Part shown: positions 1 through 9,800 of the stretch, piece after piece
Layout: each line of letters opens with the position of its first letter
Position numbering within the stretch: position 1 is the stretch's first letter
DNA from: Candidatus Woesearchaeota archaeon
Lineage (GTDB): Archaea; Nanobdellota; Nanobdellia; Woesearchaeales; ARS49
Assembly (NCBI GenBank): GCA_016215315.1
Contig: JACRKG010000040.1
Span: forward strand, 3,128-67,127
DNA length: 64,000 bases
Direction of reading: 5' to 3'
Made by a program: the position numbers and the translations under genes
The notes under the pieces: generated by a model
The model's input: only the letters and a program-made list of their open reading frames with translations
Databases searched by the model: none
Told to the model about the DNA's origin: nothing

Positions 1-1
1 T

Positions 2-568
2 GACTTGGTAGGATATATAAAAAACAATCTTCCTCCAACATATAAAAATTTGGACGAATGTTCTGATTCATTCCATTTCTTCTTAAATGAAGACCAAATA
101 TTGCGTGAGTTTTGTGTTCAAAACTTAGCAAATTTATGTACTGAAAAAACTTTTTCTCACCAAAAAGCACTAGAAATTTGCGATAAATACTTGCAAGATT
201 ACAACCAAAAACTAGTCGATAAATGCGAAGGAAAACAATTATACTGCTGTAATTGTTATTCTGCAGGTTTTACTGAAAACAGTATTTTTGTTTACCAAAA
301 TCAAATTGTAAGTTCTCCGGAAAAATGCGAGCAAATATGCGGACAAAATTCATTCAAACTAAAACCAACAGAATATTCCTGTCATGCAGAATGTCCTGAA
401 GGAATGAACCCATTCAAAAAACAAATAAACACCGAGTATCCTGATGGAACTATAGGTCTAGAAACATACACGTTGTGCTGCCAACAAGGAACAGTATTTG
501 ATCAAAACACACAAAAATGCGAAAATTATGCTGAAAGTTCTTGTCCTATATTTATAGAAACACAATGA
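2..568 (+). CDS. 5'-truncated Cys-rich protein, probably the C-terminus of a secreted/surface protein
   Basis: Frame is open at the window edge; many Cys (CCNC, CEQIC, CHAECP, LCCQ) in 187 aa. Confidence 0.6.
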   Translation, partial: DLVGYIKNNLPPTYKNLDECSDSFHFFLNEDQILREFCVQNLANLCTEKTFSHQKALEICDKYLQDYNQKLVDKCEGKQLYCCNCYSAGFTENSIFVYQNQIVSSPEKCEQICGQNSFKLKPTEYSCHAECPEGMNPFKKQINTEYPDGTIGLETYTLCCQQGTVFDQNTQKCENYAESSCPIFIETQ

Positions 569-647
569 GGTTACTACTCTCAATTCCCCCTTTTAAACCT
601 ATTCAGTTACTTTTTTAAAGGCTCCACTCAATTAAATACTGATTTTT

Positions 648-1937
648 ATGGAAGACCTATACAAAGAATCAGAACAAATAATCAAAGGGATACAGAATGT
701 TTACAAGTTTAGATCAAGAACTAGATTAATGCCAGATGTACGCGAATTACTTAAAAATGCTGAGAAATTTTTAGAAAGATTAGAATCACAAAACACAAAT
801 AACTTAACAAGCAGTGAGAAAATCGTATTCAATGAAGTGAAAAGACAAACTAGCACTGAAGTTGAAATATTAAAAAGAGATTTTTCAGGAACTAGATTTG
901 ATTATGAAGTTGTTTTCAAAGTTTTTTCAATACCGCGAGAAGACGTCGATGAGTTAAAACCTTGGCTTGACGCAAATATTGGCAAAGTAAAAGAACTAAT
1001 TGATTCAAGCTTCAAAAATTTTGGAGAATCTGGTTTTAAAAATGATTTAAGTGTAGACATACCAGAATTAGCAGAAAGAGCAAAAAAATTCGCTCATCAA
1101 AAAATAAACAAGTATGCGTTTACAATTGCGGAATTATTGGATTCTGTTTCAAAAACAGGTGACTTGTTAAGAAAACTGAAAGTCCATCCAACAACTGAAG
1201 AAAGATCTTACATAAATTATACTTTTAAGAGGGTTGGCATATCAATAAAAGACATAACTGAAGAAACTGAAGATGGAGAATTAATTCTGAAAGAAGAAAG
1301 ATTAATTACATTACTAGGTCATGAATGTATGGGTCACGGAATGAACTTTGTTTTATCTCAAGATAAAAACCTGCCTTTTGTTTTAAGAGATGATTTAGCA
1401 AGTTCATTACCAACAATGGAATCAATAGCGCAACATTATGCTAATCTTATTTTTGAAGATTTGAAGAATCATTGTGAAGTGCAAGAAAAATTAGGTTTAA
1501 CCGAAAGATTTGAACAAATATACAAAAAACACAAAGAAGAAGAATTACTGATAGAATTCAAAAACAAAAGATACTATCACGCCTTAACAATATTAGCCGA
1601 TAAAACATTAAATACACAACAAAAAATAGAAAAAATAAACCAATTAAGCATAACTGAAGGAAGAAGCGTAGATCCATTCTTTGGACTTCAAGTAGTAATG
1701 AATCATAAAAACTCATATGACGATCAAGGTAACTTACAGTTAGGAGTATTACGCGAATTAATCTATTGCGCACGTCCAGTGAAGAAAAGTTTAGAAATGA
1801 TAAGCGCACAATTAGGACAAGACTATTACGCACAAAATAGACAAGAAGTAGACAAAATGTTCTTAACAGGATTTTATACTTCTGAAGGATTCGTTGAGAA
1901 AACACAAGAATTCATAAGAGAGAAGCGAAAAGCTTAA
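648..1937 (+). CDS. Putative zinc metallopeptidase-like protein with HExxGH motif
   Basis: LLGHECMGHG hexapeptide motif (as in M49 HELLGH) with a downstream candidate third ligand in TMESIA. Confidence 0.5.
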   Translation: MEDLYKESEQIIKGIQNVYKFRSRTRLMPDVRELLKNAEKFLERLESQNTNNLTSSEKIVFNEVKRQTSTEVEILKRDFSGTRFDYEVVFKVFSIPREDVDELKPWLDANIGKVKELIDSSFKNFGESGFKNDLSVDIPELAERAKKFAHQKINKYAFTIAELLDSVSKTGDLLRKLKVHPTTEERSYINYTFKRVGISIKDITEETEDGELILKEERLITLLGHECMGHGMNFVLSQDKNLPFVLRDDLASSLPTMESIAQHYANLIFEDLKNHCEVQEKLGLTERFEQIYKKHKEEELLIEFKNKRYYHALTILADKTLNTQQKIEKINQLSITEGRSVDPFFGLQVVMNHKNSYDDQGNLQLGVLRELIYCARPVKKSLEMISAQLGQDYYAQNRQEVDKMFLTGFYTSEGFVEKTQEFIREKRKA

Positions 1938-1975
1938 ATAATTCTAGATGATTATATATGATTATAGGGATATGT

Positions 1976-2176
1976 ATGGACTTAGTAATAACAAAACATG
2001 CTAAAGAAAGGATGGCTGAGAAAGCCATTAGTAAAGAAATGATAAAAGATGCAATAACAAAAGGAGCAAAAGTAAAGCAAACTGATGGATACTTGGCTTC
2101 TCATGGTTACATTAAAGTTGCATATAAATTAGTTGGGAAGGATTGTTATAAAATAAAGACAGTATTTGTTGAATAG
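1976..2176 (+). CDS. DUF4258/RelE-like toxin
   Basis: MDLVITKHAKERMAEKAIS...IKDAITKG pattern; abuts a Zn-ribbon antitoxin; start moved to ATG 1976. Confidence 0.75.
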   Translation: MDLVITKHAKERMAEKAISKEMIKDAITKGAKVKQTDGYLASHGYIKVAYKLVGKDCYKIKTVFVE

Positions 2177-2518
2177 GTGATGAAAATGGATCGAGAAAAA
2201 TGTGAAGAATGCGGTGGAAAAATTGTAAAAAAAGAAGTTGATTTTAGTTTATATGGCACAAGTTTAGGTAAGTTTACTGCTCAAGTATGCACTAAATGTG
2301 GCGAAGAATGTTTTGATGAAAAAACTAGCGATGAAATAGATCAAGTAGCAAAAACAAAAGGCTTGTGGGGTTTGGGAGCAAAAAGTAAAGTAGGTATTGC
2401 TGGTGATAGTTTTATAATACGGATAAATAAAAAACTTGCGGAATTTCTTCACCTAAAAAAAGGAGAAGAAGTTTTTTTACGTCCAGAAAACAAAAGCAAA
2501 TTAATTGTTGAAGTGTAA
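2177..2518 (+). CDS. YgiT/MqsA-type zinc-ribbon antitoxin with C-terminal AbrB-like domain
   Basis: CEECGG...CTKCGEE pairs; C-terminal GDSFIIRINKKLAEFLHLKKGEEV AbrB-like strand-helix pattern. Confidence 0.75.
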   Translation: MMKMDREKCEECGGKIVKKEVDFSLYGTSLGKFTAQVCTKCGEECFDEKTSDEIDQVAKTKGLWGLGAKSKVGIAGDSFIIRINKKLAEFLHLKKGEEVFLRPENKSKLIVEV

Positions 2519-2528
2519 AAAGTATTTT

Positions 2529-2684
2529 ATGAAAACTTGCTATAAATGCGAAGGAAAATTGAAAGAAGTTAAAGTAACAAAAGAAGGAATTAGGGTTAGC
2601 TGTTTTAAATGTACCAATTGTAGGAAGGAATACTTTACTTCTAGAGAATTAATAAAATTTGATGTTCTAACTGAGAGAAGATAG
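2529..2684 (+). CDS. Small (51 aa) YgiT-type zinc-ribbon protein, not in the ORF track
   Basis: Manual translation MKTCYKCEGKLKEVKVTKEGIRVSCFKCTNCRKEYFTSRELIKFDVLTERR*; two CxxC pairs. Confidence 0.7.
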   Translation: MKTCYKCEGKLKEVKVTKEGIRVSCFKCTNCRKEYFTSRELIKFDVLTERR

Positions 2685-2741
2685 GCAGTATCTTTTAGTA
2701 AGTGCTAATCTTTATATAATAGTTATATCTTGTTTATTTCT

Positions 2742-3479
2742 ATGAAAAAAGAAGTGATTTTAGTGTTGATAGTTTTAGTTCTAATTATTTCATGCAGTAA
2801 ACTAATTGAAAAAACAATCACTCAAGAACACATTAATTTGCCAGATAAAGAAAAAGAATTATCTCGCGGACTTGATATAAATGCTCCCGAATTGCAATCT
2901 TACGTTGAAGAACTAAAAAAAGAAGAATCAGTCTGGTTTAAAAAAATAAGTACTCCCGAAATTAAACTAACAATACAAAAAGGAAACCAATTCAGTCCTG
3001 AACAAAGCAAAAAAGTATGTGATAACACTTGTAATGCATGCAGTCAAAGACTAGGAAAAAACTTAGTTGGTGCTAAGTTGCAGCAAGAAAAAATAAAAGA
3101 AGACTCATGCACGTGCAGTTTTGATAAAGAAGTTAACGGTGGAGAATACTACTCCTGTCTTGATGAAGCAAACAGAGCAATTTATTCAGAATTATTTGAT
3201 GGACTAATAAAAAAAGATCCTTCCTTATTTCCAAAACTAAACCAAATGTATTTTATGTTTTCTAGTTATGATAAAGAAAAAGTAAACAATAACTTTTGTG
3301 ACAATATTTGCGGTTATTGCGCAACAAAATTCGGCCAAAAACTAGACTTTACAAGCGCACCAACAATAAATGAAGAAGGAGACCTACAATGCACTTGCCA
3401 AACAACAGACTTCAGCGTAAATTATTATCGTGTTAATTCTTGCGTAGCAGATTTGATAAGCATAATACCAAGCAAATAG
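2742..3479 (+). CDS. Secreted lipoprotein-like Cys-rich protein with internal domain duplication
   Basis: Hydrophobic N-terminus ending IISC; CDNTCNAC...CTC and CDNICGYC...CTC repeated. Confidence 0.65.
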   Translation: MKKEVILVLIVLVLIISCSKLIEKTITQEHINLPDKEKELSRGLDINAPELQSYVEELKKEESVWFKKISTPEIKLTIQKGNQFSPEQSKKVCDNTCNACSQRLGKNLVGAKLQQEKIKEDSCTCSFDKEVNGGEYYSCLDEANRAIYSELFDGLIKKDPSLFPKLNQMYFMFSSYDKEKVNNNFCDNICGYCATKFGQKLDFTSAPTINEEGDLQCTCQTTDFSVNYYRVNSCVADLISIIPSK

Positions 3480-3506
3480 TTTACAGTTTATGGTCTGGGT
3501 TTACGG
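3477..3506 (+). repeat. Heptamer (GTTTRYR-like) tandem repeat, dispersed family copy
   Basis: TAGTTTACAGTTTATGGTCTGGGTTTACGG, starting at the TAG stop codon. Confidence 0.6.
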
Positions 3507-3822
3507 TAAAATGATTTTGTTAACAACTTCAATCTTATTTTTTAATAATTTGAATTTTCCCCTAGCCGAACGCTCGCTTTTTGTGCTAGAAAAGTTTTTT
3601 CATGCTCTTAGCGTTCGGAACAGTGTGTCGATCTGCGGTCGAAAATTGATAATGAAAGATTTTTGTGAGTGCACTTATGAAACTCGTTGACTTTTTATCA
3701 TCTGTTAATGCCGCCAAAAGAAGAAAAGAACACAACTAGCACGCGATTCGGGGCGGCTGGAACTGAGAAAATTTAACAAATTAAAAGAATAAAAAGTGCA
3801 CTAAATGTTTTTCATAACTATT

Positions 3823-6800
3823 TCACTCACTAGTAATCTCTCCCTCAACATAAGGAGCAATAATTCTATTTTGAGGGTCTATGAATGCTCTTGCACTTAT
3901 TTTTAGCCTAAAATTTGTTCCTGGAATTCTAAAACTAAACCAATCAGGTCTAGAAGTTTCCATTCCTAAACCTTTAGTAAAATGCCAGTACAAATCAGGA
4001 GCTTTGCCAATAACATCAGCAACAAGAGCTCTTTTGATATCTGTTTCGTAACCTTGTTTTATCAAGTAGTCAATATCACCATAATTGACAACATCACTTG
4101 TATAGGATTCTAAACAATGAACTGGAAAATCCATTCCTGCAGTGAATGCAATCCAGTGACCAACTCTGTTTTCAAAAGAACCATCATCATTTTGTACTAA
4201 TCCTTCGTTAACTCTGCAATATAATTCTTGAGATGCTGCAAAACCTCCCAGAGTTATGCTTTCGTATTGTTTTTCTGTAAGTCGCGCGTTTTGACGTGTT
4301 AAACCTTTAAATAAACCGAGGTCTGGCATATTTTTGTTAGTAGTTAAGGTGCCAAAACCAACATTGATGCCCAGATCATATTGAGCAGCATAAGCTTCAG
4401 TAACATGCGCATGCCCTTCTTCATGATTCAAAACCATAAATATTTGCCCAAAATAATACGCAGCTAAAGATTCACCTAAATTCTGAAAACCGCCTTTTTC
4501 TTCAAATCTTTGCTCAGTAATTTTTTGAAAATTCTCAAATAAAGGTCTTAATTCTAAACTAGGCACTTCAGGTTCGGGAATTTCAAGTGAAGATTTTTCT
4601 TCAATTGTTTTCTCTTGCGTCAAATCTTTTTCTTCAGATTTTAATATTTCAGCAGACTTTTGCACAGGCTTTTGTGCAGGTTGTTCTATTTCTGGAAATT
4701 TAACCGTTGACTTTATTTTTTTAATAACTTTCAGTTCTTCTTTTTGTCCTTTCAGTCCTTCCTTGACGTCTTCTGTCTTTCGTGGTTCACTTAATGTTTC
4801 TAATTTCTTTCTTGCTCTTTCAACAATTTTAGAATTATCTTTATTATCTTTAATTATTTTTTTTATGAAAGCAACAGAATTTTCTCCTTTAATTTTTATG
4901 AGCTCATCAATAATTATGCCTATTGCGTATTCATAAGCTCCTTCTGCGTCATTCTCAAAAAGTCCTCTTTCTTTTGTTAAAGCGTTTATTACTTTATCAA
5001 ATTCTTGTTCATTCTCATAAAGTTCTTTAATGATTTGTAAAGCCACTTCATCAGGTAAATTGTTGGAAAATTCCACGTATTGAGTGATATTTGAAGGTAA
5101 GTATTTTTGTTTTGAAAATTCTAGGATTTTAGTTTTTTCTTCTTCACTTAAATCAGACCAAGCAGACTTAATTAGTTCGCCTAATAATTCTATTTCATTG
5201 CTTTGTATGCTGAATCTTACATAAGTCAGGAATTCTTTATTTCCTTCTTCAAATGCAGAATTTAATTTTTTATTTAAAACTGCATAAAGTACATCTATGA
5301 ATGCTTTGGTTGTTTCAGAATATGTTTGTTCTTGTTGTTTTTTTAATTCGACTAATTTATTCATTATCAGTTCAAAATTGAAAAATGAAAATAATTGTGC
5401 GAATTCTTCAAATGAAACAAAACTTAAAATTTGGTCATTAGATAATTTTTGGAAAAAATCATCTAACAATGGCTTATCATCGAATCCTATGCGTGCCAAA
5501 TCATAAAGGGCTGCCTTCATATCAATAACATTATCGGAAGAATATCTCTTCTCAATAAACTCTAGAATGGATTGTTTGACAAATTCTTTCTGTTCATCAG
5601 CGAGGTTTTCCAAGAAATATTTCAGTAACGAGTAAGTTTGTTCTTTTGTACTTAACTCTTTTAATGACTCTTTAAAGTATTCTAATAAAAACTCTTTTTT
5701 TGTTTGTTCATCTAATGGTAAACTGTTTATTGACTTGATTAATTGTACAAAGAATTCTTCAGGTATTTCTCTTTTTTCAAATTTATTTTGTGCTTTCAGA
5801 ATATTATTTAAAACGTCGCTTAATGCTTCTTTCTTTTTATCTAAGTTTAATTCTTCTAATTCTGGAGGGATTGAAAGCACAAAGTCGCTTATTTTGGTGA
5901 ATAATTTTGCAATTTCTATTATTCCAAAGAAATTATTTTCTCCAAACATAGCTATTTGATTCATTATGTAGACCTTTATCATTGTACGCCAATCACCAAT
6001 CATATATCCAATTCCTACCGATTCTGCACTGTTTATGTTGTCTGTTCGGAGTATTGTAGGATATTCTTTATGTTTATCTAATCCTAAAACATCAATTATT
6101 TTAACCATTTTTTCAAATTCATTAAATTCCATTTTCCAATTTACTTGAGTGTTGCTCATAATAGTAAAGAGTTCTTTGACTAAACGATAGACTGTTTCAG
6201 TTTTTTCTTTTGGGAAACCTAACGTTTCAACAACATTAAGTAATGCTGCCAACAATCTTCTGTATTCCCCTAGTTTGTTTTGATCAAGTTCATTGATTTT
6301 GTTCTGGCGAATTTTTTGTCTAGAATCTTCTATTAAGCTTCTTTTTCCGTTAGCTAATAAAATTAATATGTTGAAAAGTTCCTCCGTCTTTTCCTGTTTC
6401 ATGCTTTCAGGCAATAATTTTAATAAACTTGGAAGTTCATTGTAAAGCATTTGTTTAAAAGAGTCATCATCAGGTCTTTGAAAGTTATCCTTCATTCTTT
6501 GAAAGAAAATATTCATAAGTAATTCATACAAATCAACAGCGAGTGGTTGAAGTTCAGGTAAAGCTTCTATATCACTCATTAATTCATTGTAAAGAGGACC
6601 ATAATGTGCTCTATCAAGCATGTTCTCAGGTAATCTTTTAAGTTTAGCAACAACCATGGAATTAATTTCTTGAATTTCTTGGTTCTTATTCTCTATTTGA
6701 CTATGTATTAACAGCGTTATTAACCTCGCTCTCATCTGATAACAAGCACCCGCGTCTTGGTACTCCCATTTTGAAGTCTCTTTTTTTACTAATTCGTAAA

Positions 6801-9800
6801 CTTTCTCAGTAGCTTCTGCAGGATAACCTAACATTCTAACTAATTCTGGTAAATAATAAGTATTCCAATTTTGTTCATTTCCTTCAATCTGTGTTAGTAT
6901 TAAATCTAAAATCATTTTTACTTTCTCTATTTTTTTCTCAACTAAAAAATCCATTATTGAAGGTATTGCGTTGTTAATTATGTATTGTTCTCCTGTTTCT
7001 TTATACTGCTCAAGCAATGAATTAAATAATTGGTCTGCAAATTGTTTTTTATCATCCGGACTCATTTGATTGAAAAGATTGGTTGTGAGTGATAAATAAT
7101 TTCGTTTTACTACTTCAAAAATTTCAGGCTTACTTTCTCTGAGTTGTGTGAATTTCTTGTAAATCATTAAAGATGCTTTTTGCTGTTCTTCTTGATTGCC
7201 GTTATTTCTAAGGTCTTGTAAGTATTGGTTTATTATTTGATTAAATGCATTAAATAAACTAATTGAGTAAATTTCATTAGGAGACTGTTTTAAGAGCATT
7301 AAAAAATCATCAAACAACTTATTGACTTGTTCTTCAACATTGCTTTTTTGTTCTTCTTGTTGAGGTATTACTTGTGGTGGTTGTGGTGCAAATTGTTTTA
7401 GAATCGGTATTTGAGCTCCCATTGGTTTTTGCATTGCTAAAAATACTGGCTGTTCAAATGCTTGTTCTTTGAAGTAATTCATTGCTTGTTCATTATCGAT
7501 TTTGAATTCTCTAGGATGTAATGGGAAAAATTCTTTGTAACCTGTAGGATCTAAATCAAATTCCATAGGAATGTTTTCAACAGTTATTCTGACTCTGACC
7601 CATATGTGTCCTTCGGTTATTTTTTCTGTAAAACCATCAACGTACTTAACATCAATTCCTCGCTCTTTTAGTGCATGATATAATAGCGCTGCAAAGTCTC
7701 TGCAAACTCCGTTTCCTTTCAATAAGACTTCTTCCATGGGTTTGCAAAATTCTGAATGAAGTTCGTAAACTTTAACCATATCTTCAGCCAGGGAATAAAT
7801 TTTCATTACTAATTCGAGCTCGTTTTTTGATTCTAAATGTCTTATTTTATCAAGGAATGCTGCGGAAAGAGGTTCTTGAGGTGTGTAAGGATTTTTGTAG
7901 TCTTCATAATTAAAAGTAATAATTTTTGAAAGAGTTCTTAATAAACTACCTATAAAAGAAGATCCTTCATAAGAAAACTTATATATGTCAAATATTCCGT
8001 AAGAGTAATATTTTCTTTTTTCTAAATCTTGGACTGTTTCTAAAGACGATTTACTGTGTAGACCTGTCACCCAATCTTCTCCTTGTATTTGTTGAATAAA
8101 ATCAATAATTTTCTCACTAGATATGGCTTTATCACCAAACAGAGCAATATTATCTTTAATAAAAAGCAAAACTTGATCAATCAACACGGTGTTTTCTTCA
8201 AAATTAACAATTTCTGCTTTTTTCATTAAAATTAAAACAGTATTAGCATAATTTTTAACTGCTTCAGAACTATTTTTTGCAATTGATTCGATCAGAGCTT
8301 CAGGATTAAACCAAGGAAGGGTTTCTTTCTGAAGATTTAGAAGACTTAAGTGAGTTATTAATATTCTAATTATGTCGTCTTTATTTTCTTGAGGAATTTC
8401 TGAAGATTCTATTTGGATGAGAAAGTTGTTAACAAAAGAATCATTTCTAAAAATCTTATAATGGTTAGCAACAGCTTCAGTTAAAGTAAGTATTTCTGAA
8501 AGACTTAGTTCCCCAAAATTTCTAGTCAAAACACTAAATTTAACAGAAAAATCTAACATCCCTTCAGGATTATGTTTTATTTGACTTGCCAGAAGAACAT
8601 ATTTAACATCATCAATTTTATTATCTAATTCTTTTATTAGCTCAGCAGCCCAGTTATCATAAGTATTCTCTTCAACGCTAGTAAAATCAGGATTTTCTTT
8701 TTTTTGCTCAAAATAATCTCTCAAATAAAAAAAGAAATTTATTGATAATTTCTGAACTTCAATTCTAAAATTTTCATTTAATTCTTTATCAAGTGAAACA
8801 TTCATTAAAAAAGAGGCAATGCTTTCAGATATTTTCGGATCATCATAACCAAAATTTACGAGAAAATAAATTTCGCTAAGAGATAATTTTGTTTTATCTT
8901 CTGAATAAATTTTTTGTATTTCCGAAAAGAATACTTTAGAACCAAATTGGTAAATGTAGTGCCTAAATAAACTACCATTTGATGCATATTCACTTCTCAA
9001 TCTTTCAACAACTTTGGCAGTTAACTCTTCACTTAAGTTCTTGCCATCGCATAAATCAAGAATATCTTTGTAAAAATCTCTCTCTAAAGCTTCTCTCATT
9101 AAACTTTCTTTATCCTCTTTACATCTTCTGTTTATTTCATCAAGTGTAGGCTTTGTTTGAGTATATTTTTGTTCTTCTTGCTTAAGAATTGGTATTGATG
9201 CGCCCATTGGTTTCTGCATTGCTAAAAATCCTGGAACTTCTGTTTTGAGAATTGTACTTGATACTTCTTTAGGCTTCTCAGTTCTCATACTTGTTTCTTT
9301 AGGTATTTCACTAGCTTTTTCTGGTTCTGTGATGTATCTTTTTCCTTGCACTCCTTCATATTGCTTCCATATAGCTTCAAAAGTTTCTCTGGCTCTTTCT
9401 TCTTCAACTCCTTTAAATCTTTCATGTAGTGGGATGAATTCTCTATACCACGTAGGATCTAAATCAAACTCGACAAGTTTATTATTAACATTAATAGTTA
9501 CTGTAACCCACATATGGCCTGCGCCTTCGCCAACAGCATTTGAAGTTATAATTTTTGCATCAATACCTCTCAATTTCAATGCGTAGACAAGTAGTGGAGA
9601 GCGTTCTCTACAAACAGCCTTACCTTGTGTTATAAGCGTTTCAAAGTTTCGGCACATTACGTCACTTCTTTCGAAAATTGGCAATATCTTAGTCACGAAT
9701 TCATAAATCTTTTTGACCAGAATAAGGTCGTTATCTGCTTTAATATTATTAACAATTTCTATAAATGCTTTGGTGTTTGGTTCGTTAACAGTATAGGGAT

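Noticed and set aside
3490-3690. 66-aa ORF
   Set aside because: Starts within a heptamer repeat and runs through a palindromic spacer; no coding signal
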